NCBI RefSeq assembly: GCF_001545095.1
Contig: NZ_CP013213.1
Span: forward strand, 210,001 to 242,000
Direction: 5' to 3'
Origin: Erysipelothrix larvae
Lineage (GTDB): Bacteria; Bacillota_I; Bacilli_A; Erysipelotrichales; Erysipelotrichaceae
DNA: 32,000 nucleotides
In this document: positions 21,997 through 30,765 of the stretch, piece by piece
Layout: every line of letters starts with the position of its first letter
How positions within the stretch are numbered: position 1 is the stretch's first letter
Program-made: the position numbers and the translations under genes
Notes under the pieces: model-generated
What the model was told of the DNA's origin: nothing
Database searches by the model: none
Seen by the model: only the letters and a program-made list of their open reading frames with translations

Positions 21997-23351
21997 GTGA
22001 AGCAGTAATATCCAAGATAAAAGAACACGATGCATCCTTGAATGCGGTTGTATCGTATATTGATAATTTTGAACCCCTCCCAACAGGCCCACTAAAAGGC
22101 TGGTCTGTTGCACTTAAAGATAATTTTAATATGAAAGGGACCTTAACGACCGCAAGTTGTAATTTGTTGTCGAATTACACATCAATTTACGATTCTCATG
22201 TTGTACAATTGTTGAAGCTCTCTGGTGCTGATTTAGTGGTGAAAACATCGATGGATGAACTTGGAATGGGTGGAACCAATTTAAGTGCGCTAACAGGTCC
22301 GGTTCATAATCCATATGATTATGACCGCATCTCAGGTGGGTCTTCAGGGGGTTCTGCAGCACTTGCAGGGAAACACCTAGTGCGCCTTGCTTTGGGATCT
22401 GATACCGGTGATAGTGTGAGAAAACCAGCGGCATATTGTGGAACAATCGGTGTTAAACCAACCTACGGTCGTATTTCTCGTTATGGTGTGATACCGTATG
22501 CTTCTTCATTGGATCATGTGGGTTATTTTGTGAACACAATTGAAGATGCAGCTCAAACTTTGGAGGTTCTTGCAGGCCGTGATGATCGCGATATGACCTC
22601 ATCATTTGAATCTGTACCCGAATACTCAAAACTTCTCGATATGGATTTGCAAGGTAAACGTATTGGAATCTTCAAAGATGTAATGGATGCAATCACAGAT
22701 CCACAAGCATTAGCGTTATTTGAATCATTTAAAAAAGACCTTGAAGAAAAAGGTGCGATTCTTATTGAAAAGCACATGAGTCGTGAACTTCTCGTCACCA
22801 TCTTACCTGTGTATTACACAATCTCTACCTGTGAGGCTGTTGCAAATCATGCAAACCTTGATGGGCTTCGTTTTGGGCTGACTCAAGAAGGCGATTCATT
22901 AGAAGCGCTTATGACGAATACACGTACGAATGGATTCAGTACAAACATTAAGAAACGCTTTATCTTTGGTGCCTTTGGACTTGATGATGCGAATCAAGAA
23001 GAAATATTCAATAAAGCAAAACGGATTCGTCGCTTGATTGTTGATGCCTATTCCGCAATGATATCAGATGTAGATGTCATGGTGTGTCTTGCAACTTCAA
23101 CTGTTGCACCACTAATCAGTGGATCTGAAGTCGATGAGCTTTCAGACCAAAACTTAATTGCAGAAAATCATATGATTATTAATAACTTTACAGGATTCCC
23201 AAGTCTTACACAACCGATTGGAAAAGTAGATGGAATGCCATTTGGAATTAATGTGAGTGCAAAGGCTTTTGATGAACAAACCTTGTTTGCTTATGCACAT
23301 CAATTTGAATCAATCATTGGTTGGGAAGGAGACTTTAAGGATGAACTATGA
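21993..23351 (+). CDS. gatA: Asp/Glu-tRNA amidotransferase subunit A
   Basis: Amidase signature GGSSGGSAAL and GSDTGDSVRKPA. At 452 aa it is somewhat shorter at the N-terminus than typical GatA. Confidence 0.95.
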   Translation: MSEAVISKIKEHDASLNAVVSYIDNFEPLPTGPLKGWSVALKDNFNMKGTLTTASCNLLSNYTSIYDSHVVQLLKLSGADLVVKTSMDELGMGGTNLSALTGPVHNPYDYDRISGGSSGGSAALAGKHLVRLALGSDTGDSVRKPAAYCGTIGVKPTYGRISRYGVIPYASSLDHVGYFVNTIEDAAQTLEVLAGRDDRDMTSSFESVPEYSKLLDMDLQGKRIGIFKDVMDAITDPQALALFESFKKDLEEKGAILIEKHMSRELLVTILPVYYTISTCEAVANHANLDGLRFGLTQEGDSLEALMTNTRTNGFSTNIKKRFIFGAFGLDDANQEEIFNKAKRIRRLIVDAYSAMISDVDVMVCLATSTVAPLISGSEVDELSDQNLIAENHMIINNFTGFPSLTQPIGKVDGMPFGINVSAKAFDEQTLFAYAHQFESIIGWEGDFKDEL

Positions 23352-24756
23352 AGCTGTTGTTGGAATTGAAATCCACTGTGAATTAAAAACTGAAACAAAA
23401 ATGTTCTCAGGAGCTCCGCTTTCATTTGGAGGAAGACCAAATACCGCAATTAATGAGATTGATTTGGCTTACCCTGGAACCTTACCACAAGTAAACAAAA
23501 AGGCAGTCCAATTTGGTGTGCGTTTATGTAAAGCACTCAAATGTGAGATTGACCCTGTATTGACCTTTGATCGCAAGAACTACTACTATTCAGATCTTCC
23601 AAAAGGATATCAAATTACACAACAAGAACATCCAATTGGTAAGAATGGAGTGTTTGATATTTATGTAGGTGATACATTAAAAACAATTCGTATTAATCGA
23701 CTTCACCTTGAAGAAGATACAGCAAAACAATTTCATGAAGGGGATAAAACACTCATTGACTTTAACCGCGCTGGAACGCCGCTTGTTGAAATTGTAACCG
23801 AAGCAGATTTTAGAACACCCGAAGAAGCAGCAGCTTATGTTGAAGGCATTCGCATGCTTGTTGTATATTTAGGTGTATCTGATGGACGTATGTCTGATGG
23901 ATCATTACGTTGTGATGTGAATGTATCCATTCGTCCTATAGGAGTTGAAGCGTTTGGTACGAAAGTAGAAGTAAAGAACCTTAATTCGATTAGTAATGTT
24001 CAAAAGGCGCTTGAATATGAGTTGAAACGTCAGGAAGAAGTGCTGAATCGTGGTGAAAAGGTTGTGAGTGAAACGCGTCGTTTTGACGAAAAAACACAAA
24101 CAACACAATCCATGCGCTTAAAAGAGACGGCTGTGGACTATCGATATTTTACAGAACCAAATATTACACCAATCCGTATTCCTCAAGAAATGTTTGAAGA
24201 GCCATGGTATGAACTTCCTTCAGAACGCATTACACGTTATATTGAGACCTGTGGGTTAAGTGAATATGATGCGGATGTACTGACACGTAATAAGGAATTG
24301 GCAGATTATTTTGATCAAATATCAGTCTTGACCTCATCCTATAAATTAGCGGTTAATTGGATTACCCAAGATTTGTTGGCGGTAGTGGATCATAAGGGTG
24401 AACAAACCTTAGATAGCTGGATTACACCAAAACATTTTGTGGAATTCTTGGATGCAATCGAATCTAAAACTATTTCCTCAAAACAAGCCAAAGACGTTTT
24501 TGTGGAAATGCAAAAAGGATTGGGTCCTAAGGAGATCATTAAGAAAAAGGGGATGGTTCAAGTTTCTGATGAAGCAATTCTCTTGGGATGGATTCAAGAA
24601 GTCTTGGATGCAAACCCACAAGCAGTTGAAGATTACAAAAATGGCTTGGATCGTGCTCAAAAATTCGTAATGGGTCAAGTAATGAAGTTGTCTAAAGGCC
24701 AAGCAAATCCACAAGTCACGAATAAGCTTGTAGTGAGTGAACTTGCGAAACGATGA
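23341..24756 (+). CDS. gatB: Asp/Glu-tRNA amidotransferase subunit B
   Basis: MNYEAVVGIEIHCELKT... is a canonical GatB N-terminus. RBS GGAAGGAG lies 9 nt upstream of ATG 23341. The ORF-track start 23257 is an out-of-frame overlap with gatA. Confidence 0.95.
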   Translation: MNYEAVVGIEIHCELKTETKMFSGAPLSFGGRPNTAINEIDLAYPGTLPQVNKKAVQFGVRLCKALKCEIDPVLTFDRKNYYYSDLPKGYQITQQEHPIGKNGVFDIYVGDTLKTIRINRLHLEEDTAKQFHEGDKTLIDFNRAGTPLVEIVTEADFRTPEEAAAYVEGIRMLVVYLGVSDGRMSDGSLRCDVNVSIRPIGVEAFGTKVEVKNLNSISNVQKALEYELKRQEEVLNRGEKVVSETRRFDEKTQTTQSMRLKETAVDYRYFTEPNITPIRIPQEMFEEPWYELPSERITRYIETCGLSEYDADVLTRNKELADYFDQISVLTSSYKLAVNWITQDLLAVVDHKGEQTLDSWITPKHFVEFLDAIESKTISSKQAKDVFVEMQKGLGPKEIIKKKGMVQVSDEAILLGWIQEVLDANPQAVEDYKNGLDRAQKFVMGQVMKLSKGQANPQVTNKLVVSELAKR

Positions 24757-24798
24757 CGAATACGTTAAAATTGAGAGTGCAAAAGGGAGGACCTTTTC

Positions 24799-25458
24799 AT
24801 GAGTAAAAAAGTGAATACAAAAAGTACAACAAAAAAGAAATCAAAAGGTAAGAAAAAGGATTGGTCTTATTATGTTCTTATCGTGAGTGCGGTCATAATC
24901 GCAATCCCGGTATTATTTTTAGGATATGTAGCATTGACTGCAACACGTGGATCAGGGGCACCTGTTAGTGGCAATCGATTTGAAAATGATTTAAATCCGG
25001 CCATCCAACAATCAGAAATAAATACAATTGTGTCAAATATTACGGCACTGGATGGTGTTGACGCAGCTTTCGCGGAATTGAAAACTGCAACGCTGCGGAT
25101 TTATGTATTAGCACCGGATGCAAGCGAGGAGACACTTAAAACTACCGCAACCAATGCGTATGCTAAGGTAACCGAAACATTAGACCCAGAAGTATACTTT
25201 ACGATTCAAGATACGAAGAAGCAATATGATCTTGAAATCCATGTTTATAATCAAAAGGAAGTGACTGAAGAGTCTAAACCGGATTATATTTATGTGCTTT
25301 ACTGGAAGTCTTCGAACATGGAAGAGCCTTCCGCTCAAGTACTTACAACACCATTGTCTCAAGAAATTGTAGATTACTTCAGACAAATTGATGACGAAGC
25401 AAATCAAGACTCTGAATCAAACAATGCGGAAACTAACAGTGGGGAAAGTGGCGAGTAA
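24799..25458 (+). CDS. Single-pass membrane protein with a Lys-rich cytoplasmic N-tail, an extracytoplasmic alpha/beta domain and an acidic C-tail; unknown function
   Basis: Starts KKVNTKSTTKKKSKGKKK, then one TM helix (YYVLIVSAVIIAIPVLFLGYVAL). The C-terminus is DDEANQDSESNNAETNSGESGE. RBS AAGGGAGG. Confidence 0.7.
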   Translation: MSKKVNTKSTTKKKSKGKKKDWSYYVLIVSAVIIAIPVLFLGYVALTATRGSGAPVSGNRFENDLNPAIQQSEINTIVSNITALDGVDAAFAELKTATLRIYVLAPDASEETLKTTATNAYAKVTETLDPEVYFTIQDTKKQYDLEIHVYNQKEVTEESKPDYIYVLYWKSSNMEEPSAQVLTTPLSQEIVDYFRQIDDEANQDSESNNAETNSGESGE

Positions 25459-25475
25459 AATCTCGCTTTCTTTTC
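25451..25475 (+). terminator. Weak hairpin plus T-tract overlapping the stop codon (possible attenuating terminator)
   Basis: GCGAG-TAAAAT-CTCGC followed by TTTCTTTTC. The stem is only 5 bp. Confidence 0.4.
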
Positions 25476-25500
25476 TATTGTACCCAAGGGAGGTATGAGC

Positions 25501-26685
25501 GTGGAAAAAAGAGCCTCTTATTTAGAGCGCTTTGAATTACCAGTGTTTATTTTATTGCTCTTTATGCCTGACTTTGTATTTTTGCCAAGTCTTGTGTTGT
25601 TTGTAATATACTGGTTATATGATTACATCAAGAATCATAAATTCAAGTGGTCATTTTTATGGCTCTTTTTAGCGTATGCGTTTGTTATTGCGGTAAATGC
25701 AAACAATACGCAAGGAATTATAACAGTTGTCTATGTCTTTATGTTGTATGTGATGATTACTCACTTTAGGCGTATCATGACGCCCTCACGCTATAACTTG
25801 ATGCAATATCATATTACAGTCGCATCCATCATCAATTTCTTCTTTAACTTTGTGAATATGAATCCAGAATGGGCTAAACCAGTAACAGACATCCTTGATA
25901 CGATTATCGCAAGAGGGCACTTACCTCAATTTAGAGATGGGTATTATCGTGCCTATTCTACGTTTGATAACCCAAATCTCTATGCCTTTATTTTGCTTCT
26001 AGTATTGTTGATTATCTTCAACCAAATTGAGTTGCAGATTGCATTCAAGCGGTATAAAGAAGCCGCATTCTATATGGGAGCGTTCATGATTAATTCTTAT
26101 GCACTTCTTTTAACACAAACACGCTCAATCTTATTGGCACTTGCTTTAGGGATTATCATAATTTTAGTTGCCCAAGAACGGTGGACGCAATTAAAACTTT
26201 TAGTCTTTATTGGAAGTTTGGTCGCTATTTTTATTCTTGTGAATCCAGATTTATTCCCGCGCTTTATGGAGTTAGAAAATCATGCACCAATTCGCTATCA
26301 TATCTGGGATGATGCGATTGCCCAGATTCGTGTAAATCCTTTTTTTGGCGAAGGATTCTTCACCTATGCCCTTCATTTCAACTATTCGGATGCTCACAAT
26401 ATCTTTTTAGACACCTTAATTAACTTTGGTTTATTTGGATCTATAATCGGTGGTGCCTATCTAATTGAGATTGTATATCGTTATACGCGCGATGCTCATC
26501 CATTGGACATGCCATTAGCCCTTGGAATCTTAAGTGCAACCTTGGTGTATTCAATTTTTGATATCGCAATCTACGCAGTTCAAACCAGTATTCTTTTAGC
26601 CCTCGTGTTTATCATTCCAATTCGACAAACACCCGGTCCTAATATTACAAAAGAAATTGTAGATGCGCATCATGAGAAACTTTAA
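25501..26685 (+). CDS. O-antigen ligase / Wzy-like polymerase family membrane protein
   Basis: About 10-12 TM helices and the Wzy_C-type segment LLTQTRSILLALALGIIIILV. RBS AAGGGAGG at 25486-25493 favours GTG 25501. ATG 25495 is only 1 nt from the RBS. Confidence 0.8.
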   Translation: MEKRASYLERFELPVFILLLFMPDFVFLPSLVLFVIYWLYDYIKNHKFKWSFLWLFLAYAFVIAVNANNTQGIITVVYVFMLYVMITHFRRIMTPSRYNLMQYHITVASIINFFFNFVNMNPEWAKPVTDILDTIIARGHLPQFRDGYYRAYSTFDNPNLYAFILLLVLLIIFNQIELQIAFKRYKEAAFYMGAFMINSYALLLTQTRSILLALALGIIIILVAQERWTQLKLLVFIGSLVAIFILVNPDLFPRFMELENHAPIRYHIWDDAIAQIRVNPFFGEGFFTYALHFNYSDAHNIFLDTLINFGLFGSIIGGAYLIEIVYRYTRDAHPLDMPLALGILSATLVYSIFDIAIYAVQTSILLALVFIIPIRQTPGPNITKEIVDAHHEKL

Positions 26686-26721
26686 AGTAATGATTCATGA
26701 TGCAATCTCACTACAACGATG

Positions 26722-26767
26722 TTGCGGTGTATCCTTATTAAGTTGAGGAATACACTGCAATTTTTTT
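26722..26767 (+). terminator. Strong intrinsic terminator ending the pcrA...O-antigen-ligase transcription unit
   Basis: TTGCGGTGTATCC pairs with GGAATACACTGCAA (one G-U pair and a bulge) and is followed by TTTTTTT. Confidence 0.7.
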
Positions 26768-27314
26768 GTTGGACAAAAAAGGGTTTATTGGGTTGCTGAT
26801 TTCATAGCGAACCATACATTTGGATTGAGATTCACTTTCAGATTATAGGTAAATAGAAAGCGCTCTTGTTGGATGCATAGATAGAGGTCGAACCCATATT
26901 TACAAAGGATATCCTTTAGGGTTCATGGTAGATAATTTAAATCATTATGTTCCTAATCTGTCATGTTGTAGAGTTCTTTGATTTTGGGATGTGATGGTGT
27001 ATTTCGATGAAGTGACGACAATTAGTGCTGGGGAAAGGTCATTAATGGACCTTTATACATCGTCTATAACATATAATAAATAAGCATCATCTATATCAAA
27101 GTGGACTTTCATGAGTATTAGCGATTCAAGCCATACTCAAAAAGACGATGATGCTCAGTTCATGTTTCATCGAAACGCAAACGTATTCTTGAGGCTAGCA
27201 GGTTGTTAAGGTTTGGAAGAGCTTCTTGTGATTTCCTAAGAAGTGTCATGTTAAGACGATGTAATTTACAAGAAATCGAAAATAATATAAAAAATTTAGA
27301 ATGGTATTAATAAA

Positions 27315-27343
27315 TTGAATAGTAATTGTACTAGTGTTATAAT
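27315..27343 (+). promoter_or_regulatory. Sigma-A promoter of the ABC-2 operon (TTGAAT - 17 nt - TGtTATAAT)
   Basis: TTGAAT at 27315-27320 and TATAAT at 27338-27343 with a TG extension at 27335-27336. RBS AAGGAGG at 27349-27355. Confidence 0.65.
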
Positions 27344-27361
27344 ACATTAAGGAGGTAGGGT

Positions 27362-28261
27362 ATGAAACTAGAATTCAAAGGAATAAATAAATACTTTGGA
27401 GATTTCCATGTACTTAAAGATGTATCATTTACTGTAAATAGTGGTGAAGTCTTTGGTTATTTGGGTCGAAATGGTGCCGGAAAGACAACATCAATTCGAA
27501 TTCTTATGGATGTCTTTAGAGCAAATAGTGGCGAAATTTTAATTGATGGAACACCATTTAATTTGGAAAATTATAAGATAGGATATTTGCCTGAAGAACG
27601 TGGCATGTATTCAAAGGCAAAAATTAAAGACCAATTGGTGTACTTTGCGATGTTAAGAGGGGCAAGTAAACATGATGCAGAGGCTTCCGCGATGAAATGG
27701 GCACATCGGTTTGAAATCGACCAATACTTAGATCGTAAACTAGAGACACTTTCAAAAGGGAACCAACAAAAGGTTCAAATTACTCAAGCCTTTTTGAATG
27801 AACCCGATATTTTGATTTTAGACGAACCGTTTAGTGGTCTAGACCCAGTAAACTCTAAAGTGTTTCAAGATGCTTTGGTAGAGTATGTGAGTGAGAATCG
27901 TTTCGTGATTTTTTCAAGTCATCAAATGAGCTATGTTGAGACATTCTGTGATCGGATTGCGATTATTAACTTCGGTGAAATTGTCCTAGAAGGTGATTTA
28001 AAGTCAATCAAGCGTGATTTAGGACTAAACAAGGTATTTGTGAGCGCGAATAATTATTCGCTTCAAGAACTTTCTGAATCATTTACAGCCAAAGGCTACG
28101 ATGTGTCTCTTGATGGGAAGCATATTGTGGTAGCCTTGTTGGATAACCAAACAAAGACTGATCTTATTCAAACCTTAATTAATGAAGGTGTTGATATACA
28201 TACTGTTGGCGATTATGAGCCGACATTACAGGATATATTTGTGAATGAGGTAGGGCGATAA
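27362..28261 (+). CDS. ABC transporter ATP-binding protein (NatA/YhaQ-like, with C-terminal DUF4162-type domain)
   Basis: Walker A GRNGAGKTT, signature LSKGNQQKV, Walker B ILILDEPFSGLD and a C-terminal ...EPTLQDIFV. Confidence 0.95.
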   Translation: MKLEFKGINKYFGDFHVLKDVSFTVNSGEVFGYLGRNGAGKTTSIRILMDVFRANSGEILIDGTPFNLENYKIGYLPEERGMYSKAKIKDQLVYFAMLRGASKHDAEASAMKWAHRFEIDQYLDRKLETLSKGNQQKVQITQAFLNEPDILILDEPFSGLDPVNSKVFQDALVEYVSENRFVIFSSHQMSYVETFCDRIAIINFGEIVLEGDLKSIKRDLGLNKVFVSANNYSLQELSESFTAKGYDVSLDGKHIVVALLDNQTKTDLIQTLINEGVDIHTVGDYEPTLQDIFVNEVGR

Positions 28262-28262
28262 T

Positions 28263-29495
28263 ATGAAACGATTTAATGTAGTATTTAATTTTGAATTAAA
28301 AAGCTTGCTCTTTAAAAAGAGTGTGATTATATCAACACTTGTGATTGCAGTCGTTGCCTTTGGAATCACCTTTGTACCACGATTTGCATCCGGTATTTTT
28401 GATTCTGAAAGTGGTGAATCTGAAGGTCAGTTTGAAGTAGTCTTTGATGATACATTTGGACTGCTCTTTGAAAACGAAGCAGACCGCCTGCTTTTTGTTG
28501 ATTTTATAAAGAATGCGCAAATCTTTACAAGTGAAGAAGAGCTTAAAGCTGCAGTCATTGATCGTACAATCGACGAAGGGATTGTATTTCACTCAGCAAC
28601 AAACTTTACATCCTATTTATTCGATACTTCATTAGCCAATATGGGTAATAGTGTCGCTTATACAATCACACAGACTGTAAACTTTAATTTGTTCTTGGAA
28701 CAAAATAATGTCGATCCAAATGTTGTTACTGATGCATTAAGCATTCCAATTCAAACAAACCAAATTGCGTTGGGAACAGATGGAACCCAAGGACTAATCT
28801 TCGTCTATATCTTTATCTTTGTGACGTATTTCTTGATTCTGTTATATGGTGCAAATGTTTCAACATCCGTAGCACGAGAAAAAGACAACCGGACAATGGA
28901 GTTATTAATCACAAGTACACAACCCCGCGTGCTTATTTTAGGAAAAGTATTTTCAGCAGGGATTGTTGGTATTGTCCAATTCCTTTCGATTGTTGGAATC
29001 ACAGCATTAGGAGTCTTTTTGAATCATGAGTATATACCTGAAAGCATTATGAGTCTTATTGGTGGGAATATGAGTTGGGATGCAATTCTTGTGTTCTTAG
29101 TATTCTCAATCTTTGGGTACATTTTATACTTGTTTATCTATGCAGCACTGGGTTCACTCGTGTCTAAGGTTGAAGATGTGAACAGTGCAGTTCAACCTGT
29201 AACGTTTGTATTTGTTATCGCGTATTTTGTTGCGGCAATGTCAATGAATCTTCCAGATGCTGGCTTTGTAAAGATAAGCTCATATATACCCTTTACATCC
29301 TTGTTCACAATGCCAATTCGGTATTTGCTAACATCAGTGAATGTTATTGAGCTGCTGTTATCTTTATTAACAATTGTTGGAACTACCGCATTTATTGCAA
29401 TGATATCAATATATATCTACCGATATGGTTCACTCAATTATGGAAATAAACTAAAGCTTAAAGATGTATTTATAGCGTGGAGACGTGGAGAATAG
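28263..29495 (+). CDS. ABC-2 family permease (NatB/YhaP-like)
   Basis: One N-terminal TM helix, a ~150-aa external loop, then 5 TM helices. It starts 1 nt after the ATPase stop. Confidence 0.85.
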   Translation: MKRFNVVFNFELKSLLFKKSVIISTLVIAVVAFGITFVPRFASGIFDSESGESEGQFEVVFDDTFGLLFENEADRLLFVDFIKNAQIFTSEEELKAAVIDRTIDEGIVFHSATNFTSYLFDTSLANMGNSVAYTITQTVNFNLFLEQNNVDPNVVTDALSIPIQTNQIALGTDGTQGLIFVYIFIFVTYFLILLYGANVSTSVAREKDNRTMELLITSTQPRVLILGKVFSAGIVGIVQFLSIVGITALGVFLNHEYIPESIMSLIGGNMSWDAILVFLVFSIFGYILYLFIYAALGSLVSKVEDVNSAVQPVTFVFVIAYFVAAMSMNLPDAGFVKISSYIPFTSLFTMPIRYLLTSVNVIELLLSLLTIVGTTAFIAMISIYIYRYGSLNYGNKLKLKDVFIAWRRGE

Positions 29496-29558
29496 TAGGG
29501 AGGGTTTCGGCCCTCTTTTCTATTGGAAATTTATTTTAAGAAACTTTTTAAAAATTGC

Positions 29559-29587
29559 TTGACCACTTATAGTTTGTATGTTATATT
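29559..29587 (+). promoter_or_regulatory. Sigma-A promoter for the tRNA pair (TTGACC - 17 nt - TGtTATATT)
   Basis: TTGACC at 29559-29564 and TATATT at 29582-29587 with TG at 29579-29580. The predicted TSS is ~6 nt before the tRNA-Asn 5' end. Confidence 0.55.
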
Positions 29588-29599
29588 TTATAAGCACTT

Positions 29600-29675
<76 letters not shown>

Positions 29676-29695
29676 TTTGCTCATTATTACAACAT

Positions 29696-29771
29696 GGCCT
29701 GTTGGTGAAGCGGTCAACACACATGCCTTTCACGCATGCATTCACGGGTTCGAATCCCGTACAGGTCACCA
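29696..29771 (+). tRNA. tRNA-Glu(TTC): tRNA-Glu (anticodon TTC), CCA encoded
   Basis: Acceptor GGCCTGT/ACAGGTC, a 3-bp D stem GTG/CAC typical of tRNA-Glu, anticodon arm CATGC-CTTTCAC-GCATG, T arm CGGG-TTCGAAT-CCCG, discriminator A, then CCA. Confidence 0.95.
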
Positions 29772-29784
29772 TGTGAAAATAACA

Positions 29785-29816
29785 AACCCTTAGCATTATT
29801 TGCTGAGGGTTTTTTC
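29785..29816 (+). terminator. Intrinsic terminator of the tRNA operon
   Basis: 11-bp stem AACCCTTAGCA / TGCTGAGGGTT (one G-U pair), loop TTATT, then TTTTTTC. Confidence 0.8.
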
Positions 29817-29819
29817 TTA

Positions 29820-30082
29820 GTGTGCCAGGCATGGCATCTATCTAGCTGGTGCAAGTCCAGTCAAAGTTATTTACCGTCAAGTGTAACGAATCACAAGTCG
29901 AAATCAGTGATGATGGGGTGAAAGAAGTGGGGTAGTGAGTCATTTGAGCCTACGAAAAGAAACTTGATATAAGGCTAAATGGGGGATGAGGTTGATAAAC
30001 AAACCGAAGTCCAAAAGGTAAACGTAAACCCAAGACAGTAAATCAAGAGGTTATGAATGATTAAAGATGATGATGCAACTTA
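29820..30082 (+). mobile_element. Truncated 5' fragment (domain I) of a class C (IIC) group II intron
   Basis: It starts GTGTG (GUGYG consensus) 4 nt after the terminator T-run. GTGTGCCAGGCATGG...GGTGCAAGTCCAG and ACTTGATATAAGGCTA..GGATGAG..AACCGAAGTCC resemble, from memory, domain I of the Oceanobacillus iheyensis IIC intron. There is no RT ORF and no domain V downstream. Confidence 0.55.
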
Positions 30083-30099
30083 TCGTATCGTTCAATCTG

Positions 30100-30129
30100 A
30101 TGTTTGAAAAGGACACCCGAAAGTGTCCT
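30100..30129 (-). terminator. Intrinsic terminator for minus-strand transcription (downstream of the ABC module)
   Basis: On the minus strand: AGGACAC-TTTCGG-GTGTCCT followed by TTTCAAAC. Confidence 0.55.
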
Positions 30130-30141
30130 CCAAACTTCTTT

Positions 30142-30168
30142 GGGGTAATCATTACCCCATTATTTTTA
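30142..30168 (+). terminator. Intrinsic terminator for plus-strand transcription
   Basis: GGGGTAAT-C-ATTACCCC 8-bp stem followed by ATTATTTTTA. It sits back-to-back with the minus-strand terminator. Confidence 0.5.
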
Positions 30169-30336
30169 TAGCTGTAACTAGGTCTTATCCTAAGTTATTT
30201 TGTACCGCCCAAACAATGAAGCACAGAGATCATGCTTAATCCTGTGGTTATGTTTAAAAATTATCGAGACATTTTCAAATTCGCTTGATATGGGATTTAT
30301 ATTTTTTCGAGAATTCTTATTTATAGATTGAGCAGT

Positions 30337-30765
30337 TCATAAGTCTACATTTTTCCCATCTTCTATATTCACTATCTTTCGGCACTCGTTTGCAACATTG
30401 ATGTCATGCGTTACTATTATTGAAGTCATTCCTTGTTGATTTAATGACTTAATCACCCCGATAATCTCTAAAGAAGTCTTTGAGTCCAATGCTCCAGTAG
30501 GCTCATCAGCCAAAAGAACTGATGGTTTAGTTACAATTGCCCTTGCTATCGCAACCCGCTGTTTTTGTCCCCCTGAAAGATTTTCTACCTTCTTGTTTGC
30601 TAATTGTTCAATATATAATGATTTCAAAGCTTTTAAAGCTTCTTGTTTCACATCAAATATCAATTGTAATAAACCTAGTGATGGCGTTACGAATGTTTCT
30701 GTTGTGAGAATGGAAAAAAGAACCTCTCGCGATGAGTGGTTCTTCCCTGTATGCTCAACTTCCAC
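30337..30765 (-). pseudogene. N-terminally truncated ABC ATPase: Walker A and Q-loop missing, signature/Walker B/H-loop retained
   Basis: [25 protein letters not shown] and IVTHD are present, but no GxxGxGK(S/T) occurs anywhere in the ORF. The first ~45 aa are non-homologous. The GTG start overlaps the upstream TAG (TAGTG). Confidence 0.55.

Noticed and set aside
22126-22446. 106-aa minus-strand ORF.
   Set aside because: It is an antisense shadow inside gatA with no independent signals.
23257-23340. Upstream extension of gatB in the ORF track.
   Set aside because: The canonical GatB N-terminus MNYEAVVGIEIH begins at 23341 with a good RBS. The extension overlaps gatA out of frame.
27034-27054. 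AAAGGTC-ATTAATG-GACCTTT hairpin as a terminator.
   Set aside because: No U-tract follows it on either strand, so it is more likely a protein-binding palindrome or chance. It is mentioned under the spacer finding only.
30083-30336. Remaining group II intron domains (II-VI) in the sequence after the domain I-like stump.
   Set aside because: There is no AGC-triad/GNRA domain V hairpin, no bulged-A domain VI and no RT ORF. The two hairpins present behave as ordinary convergent terminators.
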